From the NCBI RefSeq assembly GCF_030028105.1, contig NC_092380.1, positions 12,303,123 to 12,367,122 on the forward strand: 64,000 nt of DNA. The letters are read 5' to 3'. This document shows, one piece after another, positions 38,602-51,233 of this stretch. The translations under genes were made by a program, and so were the position numbers. Positions within the stretch are counted from its first letter, which is position 1. The number at the start of each line of letters is the position of its first letter. The notes under the pieces were generated by a model that was given only the letters and a program-made list of their open reading frames with translations, was not told the origin of the DNA and searched no databases. Origin of the DNA: Mobula birostris. Taxonomy: Eukaryota.

Positions 38602-38639
38602 CAGTCGATGTTTCGGGCCCAGACCCTTCATCAGGACTG
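38602..38639 (-). ncRNA. Minimal type-I hammerhead ribozyme motif (Penelope-associated)
   Basis: Reverse complement reads CAGTC-CTGATGA-AGGGTCTGGGCCC-GAAAC-ATC-GACTG. Confidence 0.75.
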
Positions 38640-38698
38640 GGAAAAAAAAGATGAGGAGTCAGTGTAAGAAGGTGGGGGGAGGGAAGGAAGATATATAA

Positions 38699-39204
38699 AG
38701 CCTGATTTATACTTCTGCATCAGCTCGATGCCGTAAGTACTGTGTCGCCGCAAACCCTAAGCGGAGCTGACGCGGATCCCTACGTAGCCTGACGCGCACC
38801 TCTCCCAAAATGTAACCGCGCCGCGGCAACACAGACCACAACAACTGTGATTGGTCCACTTGGCAGCATCGCATTTCATCCTACGTTGCAATAGCTTCCC
38901 ATTGGCCGACTGAAGGGCAGGGAAGGAACTCTGGCTGCAATGCTTTCCATAAAGCTTTACAGACCTCCGAAATTATGGAGGACACATTTCGCTCTTACGA
39001 ATAAAGACGCTCACTTCTTGTTTACCCCAAGAAAGACTACCATGACCATGAAGCCTTGCACGGGCAAGTGTGTGTGCATGCGTGACGTGCGCGAATTGCA
39101 GAGCAATGCAGACACACCAACGCACAAGTATAAATGCTCACAACATGCGTAGGTCACTTGCGTAGGTTACGGCATCAAGTTGACGCACAAGTATAAATCA
39201 GGCT
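38699..39204. mobile_element. PIF/Harbinger-type MITE
   Basis: ~38-bp TIRs AGCCTGATTTATACTT(C/G)TGC(A/G)TC...GATGCCGTAA; 3-bp TAA TSD at 38696-38698 and 39205-39207. Confidence 0.85.
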
Positions 39205-41486
39205 TAAGGTGGTAGGTGATAGGTGAAACTGGGAGAGGGGGAGGGATGAAGAGCTGGGAAGTTGACTGGTGAAAGAAATAAAGGGCTGGAGGAGGGAGTA
39301 TCTGATAGGAGAGGGTAGAGGACCATGGATGAAAGGGAAGGAGAAAGAGCACCAGAGGGAGGTGATGGGCAGGTAAGGAGATAATTTGAGAGAGGGAAAT
39401 GGAAATGGGGGAATGGTGAAGGGTGGAGGTAAATACTGGAAGTTCGAGAATCAATGTTCATACCAACAGGTTGGAGGCTACTCAGACATGATGTAAGGTG
39501 CTGTTCCTCCAACCTGAATGCGGCCTCACCGCAGCAGTAGGGGATGGGACTGGCGGATTGAGAATGGGAAGAATTGAAATGGATGGGAAGCCACCAGGAA
39601 ATCCTGCTTTTTCTGGCGGACAGAGCATAGGTGCTCAGCGAAGCGGTCTCCCAACCCACAATGGAACTCACGATATACAGGAGGACACACTGGGAGCACC
39701 AGATACGGTAGATGACCCTAGCAGACTCACAGGTGAAGTGTCGCCTCACCTGGAAGGACTGTTTGGGGCCCTGAATGGGTAAAATAAAAAAATGCGTGAG
39801 AGTACAAAGTAAAATAAACTGTGGGTGGGTTAGGGATGTAAATTGGACAAGCAGAGTGATCTGAAAATGTTAAACACGGTGCTTAATCCAGGAGTGTGCC
39901 TAGTCAGAAGATAAAATCTTCAATGGACCAATGGCATGTCAGAATGGGAGAGAGAGGGAGGTTTAATGTGACAGACAACTGGAGGCACATTACGGGCTAA
40001 ATAGAAGTGTGCTACAATGCAGTCACTAAATCTGAATTTGTTCTCCTAGAGCAGGGATTTCCAACCTTTTTTTTATGTCATGGACCCCAGGTTGGGAATC
40101 CTTGTTCTAAAGCAAAGGACGACATATTATGAAAAGTGAATTCAGAATTTTAAATAAAGGCATCCGAAATGTACCGTACATTTTTCCTTCATGCGGGAAG
40201 AACACTTGGTGTCTTGATGGCAACATGGGTGACATAAAAGGGTGTGTGTTGTAACTCTTGCAATTCTTGGGAAAGGGGCTGAGTAACAGGGCTAATTGGG
40301 CAATAAACCAAGGAGATTATGAAGGAGTAGAGAAGGTGTTTGATGGTGACTTCCCATTGAAGGTGTCCAAAGTGATAGGACGATCTGTGGGATGGTGGGG
40401 AAGGGAGGTGAAGAGACAGGGAATTATTGGATAGAAATGGAGTCCTTACAGTGTGATAGGATCTATGGGGTATCTGTTGGGAGAGGGGGCAGAAGGAGAA
40501 CTCTATTGTGATCCAAGGTGAGAGGGAAAGGGGGGTAGGAGGAGAACTCCCCCAAAAAGTGGGAGGGGCTGAGATGGAAAGAAGCTTGGAATGTGGGAAA
40601 AAAACATCAGTTGATACCGAATGGCAAGGTACACACAGAAAACAAGATGATGGAAGGGGCGAGTTTGTGAAGCAAGTGTGGACACTAGAATCGATGAAAC
40701 AGTCAAGAAATCAATCACCAATGTGACCAGTAGTGAGGAGGAGAGGGAAATCTTCAGGAGTAAAACTAAGAATCCTCTACATTATCTCCACAGAAAGAAC
40801 AGCAACTCCATTTAATTGCAAGTGTTTTGGCTTGCCTGCTCTTCTCAAAAAATCATTATTCCATTTTTTCCAACGGCCTCTTGGCATTAAGATTATCAAG
40901 CAACCCTTTCTCATTGCACAAGATCCAAAATAGCCGTACGATACATGGTTCCTCAAAATGTTGATATAGAAAAGCACACAAACTCATCTTCCACCTTGTT
41001 ATAGGAAATTTAATTTTTTCCATATATAGTCACCCATAATTACTATACTATTCTTGATACACACCTTAATTTCCCAATTTATGCCACATCCTGTATTACA
41101 ACTTTGATTTGATACTGTATCAAGAGATCTTATTAAGCTTTCCTATTTCTTAGCTTGACCCAAGTTGATTCTAGTGTTACATCTAGACCTGTCACAACAA
41201 CAAGATCATTTCTTGATTCTCTCTCTTACTAATTCTGTGACATCAACCCCTCTTCCTGTTGTTTGTTCTTCCTAAATGTCCCATATTATAGGACGTTTAG
41301 GTTTTGGCTGTGGTTACTCCATAGCCGCAATTCCATTATGGGAATGAGAGCATTAGTACCATAAATCTGTTTCTATCACTTTGAATGTACTTCTCGGCAT
41401 TTAATTTTTCCCTCATTATCTGTGCAGTTGAAGTGCCCATTGTGTCCTCTGCAACCCCACAGGACTAAATCCAAGATCATCACTTT

Positions 41487-41864
41487 ATATTTTTTTAATG
41501 TATTTTTTTTTCTCCTTTTTTTCCCCTCTCTCTCTTTTCTCCCTCTGTCCCTCTCACTATAACTCCTTTCCTGCTCTCCACTCTCCGGGCTCCCCTCCCC
41601 CCTTCTCTTTCGCCCTAGACTTCCCGTCCCATGATCCTTTCCCTTCTCCAGCTCTTAGATCCACCCCTCCCCTCCTGTCTTCTCCTATCATTTCAGATCT
41701 CCCCCTCCCACTTTCAAATCTCTTACTATCTCTTTCAGTTAGTCCTGACGCAGGGTCCTGGCCCGAAACGTCGACTGTACCTCTGATGCTGCCTGACCTG
41801 CTGCGTTCACCAGCAGTTTTTGTGTGCGTTGCTTGAATTTCCAGCATCTGCAGATTTCCTCGTG
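41487..41864 (+). mobile_element. Penelope-like terminal fragment
   Basis: Pyrimidine-rich 3' region, hammerhead motif and terminus ...CTGCAGATTTCCTCGTG; 10-bp TSD TCATCACTTT. Confidence 0.85.
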
Positions 41865-42113
41865 TCATCACTTTGTTTCATTGGTTTAATCTACAAACCC
41901 CATTTCCAGAAAAGTTGGGATATTTTCCAAAATGCAATAAAAACAAAAATCTGTGATATGTTAATTCATGTGAACCTTTATTTAACTGACAAAAGTACAA
42001 AGAAAAGATTTTCAATAGTTTTACTGACCAACTTAATTGTATTTTGTCAACATACACAAATTTAGAATTTGACGGCTGCAACACACTCAACAAAAGTTGG
42101 GACAGAGGCATGT

Positions 42114-43136
42114 TTACCATTGTGTTACATCACCTTTCCTTTTAATAACACTTTTTAATCATTTTGGAACTGAGGATACTAATTGTAGTAGATTTGCAAT
42201 TGGAAATTTTGTCCATTCTTGCTTGATGTAAGACTTCAGCTGCTCAACAGTCCGTGGTCTCCGTTGTCTGATTCTCCTCTTCATGATGCACCAATCATCT
42301 TCAATAGGAGATAGATCTGGGCTGGCAGCAGGCCAGTCAAGCACACGCACTCTGTGTCTACAAAGCCACGCTGTTGTAGCCCAAGCAGAATATGGTCTGG
42401 CATTGTCCTGCTGAAATAAGCATGGACGTCCCGGGAAGAGACGTCACCTTGATGGCAACATATGTCTCTCTAGAATCCTAATATACGCCTCAGAATCAAT
42501 GGTACCTTCACATACATGCAACTCACCCATGCTGTGGGCACTGATGCACCCCCATACCATCACAGATGCTGGCTTTTGCACCTTTCGCTGATAACAATCT
42601 GGATGGTCATTTTCATCTTTGGCACGGAGAACTCGGGGCCCGTTTTTTCCGAAAACTAGCTGAAATGTGGACTCATCTGACCACAGCACACGGTTCCACA
42701 GTCTTTCGGTCCATCTGAGATGAGCTCGGGCCCAGAGAACTCGCTGGCATTTCTGCATAGAGTTGATGTATGGCTTCCTCCTTTCGTAATACAGTTTCAA
42801 GTTGCATTTCTGGATGCAGCGACAGACTGTGTTCAGCGACAATGGTTTTCCAAAGTACTCCCGAGCCCAGGTGGCTATAATTGTCACAGTAGCATGACGG
42901 TTTCTTAGGCAGTGCCGCCTGAGGGCTCGAAGATCACGCGCGTTCAGCAGTGGTTTCCGACCTTGCCCTTCACGCACTGAGATGTCTGTGACTTCTCTGA
43001 ATCTTTTCACAATATTATGTACTGTAGATGTTGAAAGACCTAAATTCTCTGCAATCTTGCGTTGAGAAATGTTCCTTTTGAACTGACTAACAATTCTGTC
43101 ACGAATTTTGGCACAAAGGGGTGAGCCACAACCCTT
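42114..43136 (-). pseudogene. Tc1 transposase pseudogene (340 codons, no frameshift)
   Basis: Paired-like HTH; VLWSDES, FQQDNA and SPDLSPIE with 34 residues between the second D and the E; two in-frame TGA stops (42444, 42159); presumed ATG now reads AAG. Confidence 0.93.
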
Positions 43137-43390
43137 CCTTGCTTGCAAAGACTGAGCCTTTGATGGATGCTACTTTTATACCCAGTCATGATACCTCACC
43201 TGCTATCAATTAGCCTGCTTAATGTGGAGTCTTCCAAACCAGTGTTACTTGAATACTCTGTGCACTTTTCAATGTTATTTTAACTCTGTCCCAACTTTTG
43301 TTGAGTATGTTGCAGCCATCAAATTCTAAATTTGTGTATATTTACAAAATACAATTAAGTTGGTCAGTAAAACTACTGAAAATCTTTTCT

Positions 43391-44485
43391 CCACCATCAA
43401 CTCTGCTCTCAAACGCATCGCCTCCATTTCACGCACATCTGCTCTCACTCCATCCTCCCACCACCCCACTAGGAATAGGGTTCCCCTGGTCCTCACCTAC
43501 CACCCCAGCAGCCTCCGGGTCCAACATATTATTCTCCGTAACTTCCGCCACCTCCAACAGGATCCCACCACTAAGCACATCTTTCCCTCCCCCCTCTCTG
43601 CTTTCCGCAGAGATCACTCCCTACGCAACTCCCTTGTTCATTCGTTCCCCCCCATCCCTCCCCACTGATCTCCCTCCTGGCACTTATCCGTGTAAGCGGA
43701 ACAGGTGCTACACATGCCCTTACACTTCCTCCCTTACCACCATTCAGGGCCCCAGACAGTCCTTCCAGGTGAGGCGACACTTCACTTGTGAGTCGGCTGG
43801 GGTGATATACTGCGTCCGGTGCTCCTGATGTGGCCTTCTATATATTGGCGAGACCCGACGCAGACTGGGAGACTGTTTTGCTGAACACCTACGCTCTCCG
43901 CCAGAGAAAGCAGGATCTCCCAGTGGCCACACATTTTAATTCCACATCCCATTCCCATTCTGACACGTCTATCCACGGCCTCCTCTACTGTAAAGATGAA
44001 GCCACACTCAGGTTGGAGGAACAACACTTTATATTCTGTCTGGGTAGCCTCCAACCTGATGGCATGAACATTGACTTCTCTAACTTCCGCTAATGCCCCA
44101 CCTCCCCCTCGTACCCCATCCGTTATTTATTTTTATACACACATTCTTTCTCTCTCTCTCCTTTTTCTCCCTCTGTCCCTCTGACTATACCCCTTGCCCA
44201 TCCTCTGCGTTCCCCCCCCCTTCCTTCTCGCTGGGCCTCCTGTCTCATGATCCTCTCATATCCCTTTTGCCAATCACCTGCCCAGCTCTTGGCTCCATCC
44301 CTCCCCCTCCTGTCTTCTCCTATCATTTTGGATCTCCCCCTCCCCCTCCCACTTTCAAATCTCTTACTAGCTCTTCCTTCAGTTAGTCCTGATGAAGGGT
44401 CTCAGCCCGAAACATCGACTGTACCTCTTCCTAGAGATGCTGCCTGGCCTATGGCGTTCACCAGCAACTTTGATGTGCGTTGCTC
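43391..44485 (+). mobile_element. Penelope-like retroelement 3' half (linker, GIY-YIG endonuclease, terminus)
   Basis: VPLVLTYHP, PGTYPCKRNRCYTC, VIYCVRCS..LLYIGET, HFN, LGSLQPDGMN; 13-bp TSD GAAAATCTTTTCT at 43378-43390 and 44486-44498. Confidence 0.95.
44385..44420 (+). ncRNA. Minimal type-I hammerhead ribozyme motif (Penelope-associated)
   Basis: AGTC-CTGATGA-AGGGTCTCAGCCC-GAAAC-ATC-GACT: stem I AGTC/GACT, intact core, stem II GGG/CCC, NUH triplet AUC. Confidence 0.75.
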
Positions 44486-46022
44486 GAAAATCTTTTCTTT
44501 AAATAAAGGTTCATGTGAACTAACATATCATAGATTTTTGTTTTTATTGCATTTTGGAAAATATCCCAACTTTTCTGGAAATGGGGTTTGTACAATCTAT
44601 CAATTTCTCTCCTTGTTCTACGTTCCACCACCTCCACCTTTTGGTTCACGGCCAACAATTTCCCCGTTACCAACAAGAGAAAACCTGCAGGTGCTGGAGG
44701 TTGTGCAATTGGCACTTTGGAGGTGTCCGAGGTCGTTGGAGCCTGCATTGTTGGCGATGGAGACCGGGTCTTCTTGAGTCTGCTCTGGATTTCTAGAGCT
44801 GTTGAGGTCAGTAGCATAGATCTCATTGCTGGTTCCTCAGCCTTGGCCATTTCCGCTCCACTGACCAGACCTCCCTCCCTCCGGTTCCCTGTTCCTTTCA
44901 ACCAAGCCTGTGGTTTTCACTGCACATTCTTAAATCACAGCATCCTTCATGCCCAGAGGCAATTCAGCACACTGTGGCTAGGCCATCTCTTTGAGTTATT
45001 CATCCAATTCTTCAGCTTTTCTATAGTACCTCTGCAATTTAATTCTCCTTTCAATTACAAATCCAATATTCCCCCAATCCTTTTCCTGATTTTTGCAGTT
45101 ATTGTTCTCATTTTAATCACTACATTCCAAGTTTTTTTTCCTTCAATCAATCAATGTTTTCTTGGACCTGATGAACAATCATGAAAGAAGTGTAACATTC
45201 TAATTAATTACCCTTCCTTTGTAGCTTTCCTGTCCTTGTTAACAATGGCACAGCTCAACGTGTGTGTACTCTTCATCATATTTGAGATACTGCGTCAAAG
45301 TTCCTGATACATTATACAACAAAACTAAGAAACATGAAACAAAGAAACCTCAAAAGAGCCCATTAAAAAAGACCATCAGACACCCAATGCGCAGAGAGAG
45401 AGAAAAAAGGCAAATCGTGCAAACAATAAAAGTAAGCAATTGGAATTCAGAGTTGAAGTTTCACGAAAGACACGAAGTCAGGCATCACTGCAGCTGCCGC
45501 AGCCTCAGTTCAGCACAGAGCCGAGTAAATGTTGAGACCACAGGCGAGGAGCCAGGCATCACTGCAGCTGGAGCAGGCCACCAGCTGGGCATCACCAACA
45601 CTAGGACAGTGCAGATGAAAACTGCACAAAGTGAAGATGATGGATTCCTCCCCCACCTCTCCTCAATTATATCAGGCAGTGGAATCAGGAAAAAAAAAGT
45701 ATGCACCGTAAACTGGACTTTCATTGTGAAATTGTAAGCAGCCAAAACCTCACCTGCCAGACAGAGTTCTAAATTTGGAAATTCTTTTCCAATATCTACA
45801 TCTCCCTTACTCTCCATACACACCAGTTCTGCCCGACTCCTCCCCAGTCCTGAATCTACACACCTCACCACTCTGCACCCCCAACCCCCCACTTTTAAGA
45901 TACTCCTTGATTCTTCCTTGCCTTTGGTCATCTGGCCTAAAATCCCCTATTATCACAATTCAAGGTTGCTTAATATTATTTCCTGTGCACAAGTGTAAAG
46001 GAGAATGAAATCATTTTTACTC

Positions 46023-46654
46023 TGGTCAGAGCCGTCTCTATTTCCTGAGAAGACTGAAGTCCTTTAACATCTGCTGGACGATGCTGAGGATGTTTTACGA
46101 GTCTGTGGTGGCCAGTGCTATCATGTTTGCTGTTGTGTCCTGGGGCAGCGGGCTGAGGGTAGCAGACACCAACAGAATCAACAAACTCATCCGTAAGGCC
46201 AGTGATGTTGTGGGGATGGAACTGGACTCTCTGATGGTGGTGTCTGAAAAGAGGATACTGTCCAAGTTGCATGCCATCTTGGACGATGTCTCCCATCCAC
46301 TACGTAATGTACTGGGTGGGCACAGGAGTACATTCAGCCAGAGACTCATTCCTCCGAGATGCAACACAGAGCATCATAGGAAGTCGTTCCTGCCTGTGGC
46401 CATCAAACTTTACAACTCCTCCCTTGGAGGGTCAGACACCCTGAGCCAATAGGCTGGTCCTGGACTTATTTCATAATTTACTGGCATAATTTACATATTA
46501 CTATTTAACTATTTATTACTATTTTCTATTACTAGTTATTATTTCTATGACTATTACTATTTACTAATAGTAATATTACTATTACTATTTATTATTTATG
46601 GTGCAACTGTAATGAAAACCAATTTTCCCCGGGATCAATAAAGTATGACTATGA
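46023..46654 (+). mobile_element. Rex1/Babar LINE 3' end, second copy, nested in an older minus-strand LINE 3' UTR
   Basis: Same sequence as 885-1487. The flanks (45955-46022 and 46655-46870) rejoin into a repeat also seen at about 52141-52400. Confidence 0.85.
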
Positions 46655-46934
46655 TCCAATGTAGAGTAAAAAAAGGCACAAGGAACATAAATAATAATAA
46701 AAATACACTATAAACACATAAGATAGCTTATATACATAGATTGATTGCATGCTCATAAAGTGATGTTAGGCACAGGAATGTCTGTACATAAAGGTGACAC
46801 AGGAAATCATAAAGTCGTGGTGCTTGGGGTTATGTAGGTTATTAATCCGCTTTACTGCTTGGGGAATGTATCAATGTATTCATCCCAGAAGTAACTCAAT
46901 GCTGTAAGTAAACATACATCAATGATAGGCAGCT

Positions 46935-47425
46935 CTTGGGATGGAGCAGCAACGCCCCATTTACCGCCTGGGTAGCCTCCAAACTGATGGCATGAACATC
47001 AACTTCTTCAGCTTCCGGCAATTTCTCCCCCTCCAACCGACCCTTCCTTCGTGTTCCATTCCCCTCCCTGGCCCACCTCTTACTTCTTCTCCACTCCTCA
47101 CCTGCCTTTCATCTCCCCTCCTTCTCCCCTTTCTCCCATGGTCCACTCCCCTCCTATCAGATTCCTTCTGCTCCAGTCCTTTACCTTTTTCACCCACCAA
47201 CCCCCTGCTTCTTACTTCACTACCCCTCCCCACCCACCTCCTTTTATCTGGTACTCCCTCCTCCTCCTCCTCCCACCTTCTTCCCTTCCATTCCTGATGC
47301 AGGGTCTCGTCCTGAAATATCGACTGTTTAGTCATTCCTATAGATACTGCCTGACCTGCTCAGTTCCTCCAGCATCGTGTGTGTGTGTTGTTTTGGATTT
47401 CCAGCACCTGCGGAATCTCTTGTAC
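46935..47425 (+). mobile_element. Penelope-like 3' fragment
   Basis: EQQRPIYRLGSLQTDGMNINF; terminus with a decayed hammerhead at 47289-47326. Confidence 0.85.
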
Positions 47426-48885
47426 CACACAAGGTCAGTTGTAGGATGCGGTATTTTAATCATGGTGACTTATTTTGATTGCTGTACAATCTCTAGATTC
47501 TCACACAACCTTGGTAGATTAGAGTGGGGCTGTGGAGCCAAAACATGTCAGGACAGTCGATCTCCCAGCACTGATGCACGTAACACCATATGAAGGAGGG
47601 TCACCAGCATATTTTAAACCAGGCTGTTTCAGCAGGCTGCATTGCAAAAATTCACCTTTATAACCAAAGTGGATAACTTCACTCAACCTCACTTGCCCCA
47701 TCATTGAAATGTGCCCACAGCCTACGGACTTACTTTCACAGACTCTTCATCTCATGTTCCCCATATTTATTGCTTATTTATTTTTTTAAATTATTTCTTT
47801 CTTTTTGTATTTGCAGTTTGTTGTCTTTTGCACACTGAATGCTAAAGTTGGTGCGGTCTTTCATTGATTCTATTACGGATTTCTTGAGTATGCCTGCAAG
47901 AAAATTAATCTCAGGGCTGTGTATGGTGTACTTTGATAATAAATTTACTGAGAACTTTGATCTGATTTGGTTACAGAAAATGATATCTCCCTGGCTGAAC
48001 AATGAAAGAAAATCCTAACCCTCACCATCAGATCCCTGCAGAGGTACATGAGGTAGGAGACGGCAGAGTCGATGATGGCCATTGTAGCCAAACGCTGCTG
48101 ACCTCCACAAGATCAAGTAAAAGCCAAGTTTACAACTTCAAGAGCCAACGAGACAAAACAGGAGATGAGAACACATAATGATGAAGTGTGCTGCAGCTTT
48201 GTAGAACTGAAGTTCTCCATCGTAATGTTCCAGATTACTTTATTTTTAACTGAAGCATCATATACAACAGTTGTCTCGCGCCAGGCAAAAATGAGCAACT
48301 GTTTGTAAATAACTGCCCTCCTGTTCAGCTTGGTGCCTCAGAACAATGACGACGGCTGACACATAGTTTCCTCTCAACCCCTCCGACCATACCATTTCAT
48401 CTCTTCTCCCATCCCCTCATCTCTCTCCTCTCTCTGTCTCCTTCCCACTTCTTCCCCAACATTCCTGCCCATCTCACCAGCCAGGACTCGCACTTTTCTC
48501 TCCTCACCCAGAACCCCCACCTTTTGCAGAGACCTCCTGTCACCTCCCCTTTCGTCAACCAAGCTCCACCCCGCCCCCAGCAACTGATCCTTACCATGCA
48601 TTAGTTCCTCCACAAAACCTCTGCTAGGCCTCTCCCCTCAGGGAACACTCTCCATCCTCTTTCCTCACAGAACCTTCCTGCAATTCTATCTTTCCTGGTT
48701 TCCCACCAAACACTCTCCACCAGAATACCCCACGTCCCCATCTACCACCCCCCAAATTCCTTTCACACACAAGCGCCCGCAGTATATTTCTTCTCCCATC
48801 TCTCCCCACCACCTCTCTTCTGCTCTTTGTGTGACAGTTCTTCACACATCGTGCTCTGGGCTCTGTCCCGGAGGCTCAGCTCAGT

Positions 48886-49606
48886 TCAGCTGGTGAGTGG
48901 GCTGCAGAGGCCGACAGCCTCGTCCATTACCTGGACCTCAAACATTTCCACCTGTGAAGGCAGATCGCCGGCCAGGTCCAGCTTCAGTCGCTTGTCCCGC
49001 AGCCGGTGGCCCCGTGCCCTCAGGATGGAGGTGATGCGGGCCCTCAGGCGGCTCTCCCGCTTCCTGCTTGCACGCAGATCCTTATTGACCTTCTCAAAGG
49101 CCTCCTTCAGGGCCTCCGCTCTCTTCTTCCAGACCAGCGGGCAGCCCACGGTGTAACTGTGCTCGACAGAAACGTGAGCCGCTGGGTTCGGGGACGCGCT
49201 GGGGATGCGTGCCATATACAAATCAATGGGAATGGGAGTCCTGACATTGGGCAGCTCCTCCTGGCAGTTGTCCGACACTTCAGTCAACGCATCGGGCTGA
49301 GTCAATGAGACGTCCTTGGAAGTTTCCTCAGTGCTTGCACTGTTGCTGAACTCCACTGGTTTTGCCTCCGTATCCACTAGGTATATTACCGTGGGTGCCG
49401 AGGTCTCCAGCTCAGCCTGGCTTGAGTAAAGCGGGACCTCCGTTAGCAACACTTTGTCCGAGCAGACATTTCCATTCACGGTGTCCTGAGGAACAGAGTA
49501 ATCTAGAACGTAGGCAGGAGCATCCTGGGAAATGCAGAAGCTCGTCTCCAAGCCGGGACTGGGATTCCCGAGATCCGCGTCAGCTAAGGCAACTGCGCTA
49601 GTGAGG
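48886..49606 (-). CDS. THAP7: THAP7 last coding exon (acidic linker, EHSY HCF-1-binding motif, coiled coil, stop)
   Basis: tctctcccag acceptor, in frame with ORF 48886..49698. EHSYTVGCPLVWKKRAEA...KRESRLR matches THAP7 EHSYQVGSALLWKRRAEA...RREQRLR. The four exons sum to 1080 nt, i.e. 359 aa plus stop. Confidence 0.93.
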
Positions 49607-50182
49607 CTGGGAGAGAGACAGGAGATGGGGTTTAATACAAGGGAAGTTTCACGGTGATATATCAGTGCCAACTTGCTGCCTTCCTGACACACAGACATGT
49701 CTCATCCATGCCCTTTCTCTGATGCACTCTTACAGCAAGAATTCATTGATATTCATTCAAAACATTATCACCGAAAACCCCAAGTTCTGCCTGAAGTGAC
49801 ATCTCTACTCAAACCACTCAACAGGTGGCTCACAATAGACACCATATGTAATATCAGAACTGATCCAGTGGCAGCACAGTCATCGTTATACAGCACAGCA
49901 ACAGGCCCTTCGGCCCGACTGATCCATGCTGACCAAGATTCCCACCTGAGCTAATTGCATTTGCCCAAATTAGGCTCACATCTCTCTAAACCTTTCCTAT
50001 CCACATACCTGTCCAACTTGTTAATGTTCCTGCCTCAACCACTTCCTCTGGCAGCTGATTCCACATACTGACCACCATCTAGGTGAAAATGTTGCCCCTC
50101 AGGCTCTTATCAAATCTCTCCCATCTTACCTTAAGCATACAAACTGTCATTCTTGTTCTCCCCACCTTGGGAATTTTTTTTT

Positions 50183-50501
50183 GACCTGTTCGTCACACCG
50201 CTATCGTTGAGGGCATCAATGAAGTTCGCCTACCTCTGGCTGTATAGAAGGATTCTTCATTGCTGTTTCCGTAACAATCTTTTTTTTGACCAGTCAGGGT
50301 TGTTAGTCCCTGAGCTGAACCCCCCGAACCTGGAGGACTGGTGGACCACTCTTAGTCTGGCCTCTACCCTTTGACCTGTTTGACATGGGTGACTCTACCA
50401 AGAGCCAAAGCACAAGGCCCTGATGTGAACGAACGTACCCTCTGGGTCATCGAGGCACTCAATCCTCCAAACCCTACGACAAGGTTGCTGTCTTCTTGGA
50501 G
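50183..50501 (-). mobile_element. Internally deleted RTE-clade element (5' leader fused to the extreme 3' end) inside a CR1 remnant
   Basis: Minus strand reads CCTTGTCGTAGG...TGCCTCGATGACCC...TGGTAGAGTCACCCATGTCAAACAGGTC...AGGCCAGAC, as in RTE/Expander-type 5' ends; flanked by ACCTTGGGAA / ACCCTGGGAA. Confidence 0.6.
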
Positions 50502-51110
50502 GACCCTGGGAAAGAGCATGCATGAACCCTACCTATACCCCTCATACACCCTACCTATGCCCCTCATACACCCTACTTATATACCTCTACAAGATCACCC
50601 CTCATTTTCCTGTGCTCCAATGAATAAAGTCCCAATCTGCTCAATCTCTCTCACAGCTTAGTCACTTGAGTCCTGGCAACATCCTCACAAGTTTCCTCTG
50701 CAGTTTTTCCAGCTTAATGGCATCTTTCCTGTAGCACAGAGATTCCCAAGCTGGGGTGCACAGACCCCTTAGTTAATGGTGCATGTCCATGGCATAAAAA
50801 AGACTGGGAACCCCTGCTCTGATAGAATGACCAAAGCCGGACACAATGTTCCAAATGTGGCCTCTCTAATGTGTTGTACAACTCAGCGTAGCATCCCAAC
50901 TCTATACTCGTGTGCCAAAAGCCTTTTTCACCACTCTCTCCACCTGCTTTCAGGGAACTTATATATTTAGTTGTACAGTAAAGACTGTGCAGTCGCTATA
51001 CTGACAACACCAACCTTCTAGCTGCTGCTACTCAGCCACAAGAGACAGCAGGGAAGAAAAGGACTCTGATTTCTGGTCAACAATCTAGTGTTAAAGCAGT
51101 AGCCACTCAC

Positions 51111-51233
51111 CATTCACTGGTACCCACTGGTTCTGCTGCCTTCTCTCTGCTTGTTCTGGTCAACGCCACTTTTCCTCGTGGACTTGGTTGGAACAGTGTG
51201 GGCACAGCATCATCTCTCAGCCGGTGATAACCA
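51111..51233 (-). CDS. THAP7: THAP7 coding exon 3 (GYHRLRDDAVPTLFQPSPRGKVALTRTSREKAAEPVGTSE)
   Basis: tttgcag acceptor and TG|gtgagt donor; 123 nt, phase-compatible. Carries GYHRL...AVPTLF, the AVPTIF box of THAP domains. Confidence 0.93.

Larger units (their letters stand above)
38500..39780 (-). mobile_element. Penelope-like element (GIY-YIG C-terminus and terminus) interrupted by a Harbinger MITE
   Basis: RRHFTCESARVIY.I.CS.C.LLYI...LEEQHL..L.SLQP.GMNID; terminal repeat with hammerhead motif. Confidence 0.9.
41894..44590 (-). mobile_element. Full-length Tc1 (DD34E) transposon with ~215-bp IR/DR-type TIRs, one interrupted by a Penelope element
   Basis: TA TSDs at 41892-41893 and 44591-44592; termini CAAACCCCATTTCCAGAAAAGTTGGGA; inner direct repeat AAAAGTTGGGA. 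Confidence 0.95.

Noticed and set aside
48370-48830. ORFs in the purine/pyrimidine-skewed tract downstream of the THAP7 stop
   Set aside because: Low-complexity 3' UTR or decayed repeat; no coding signal.
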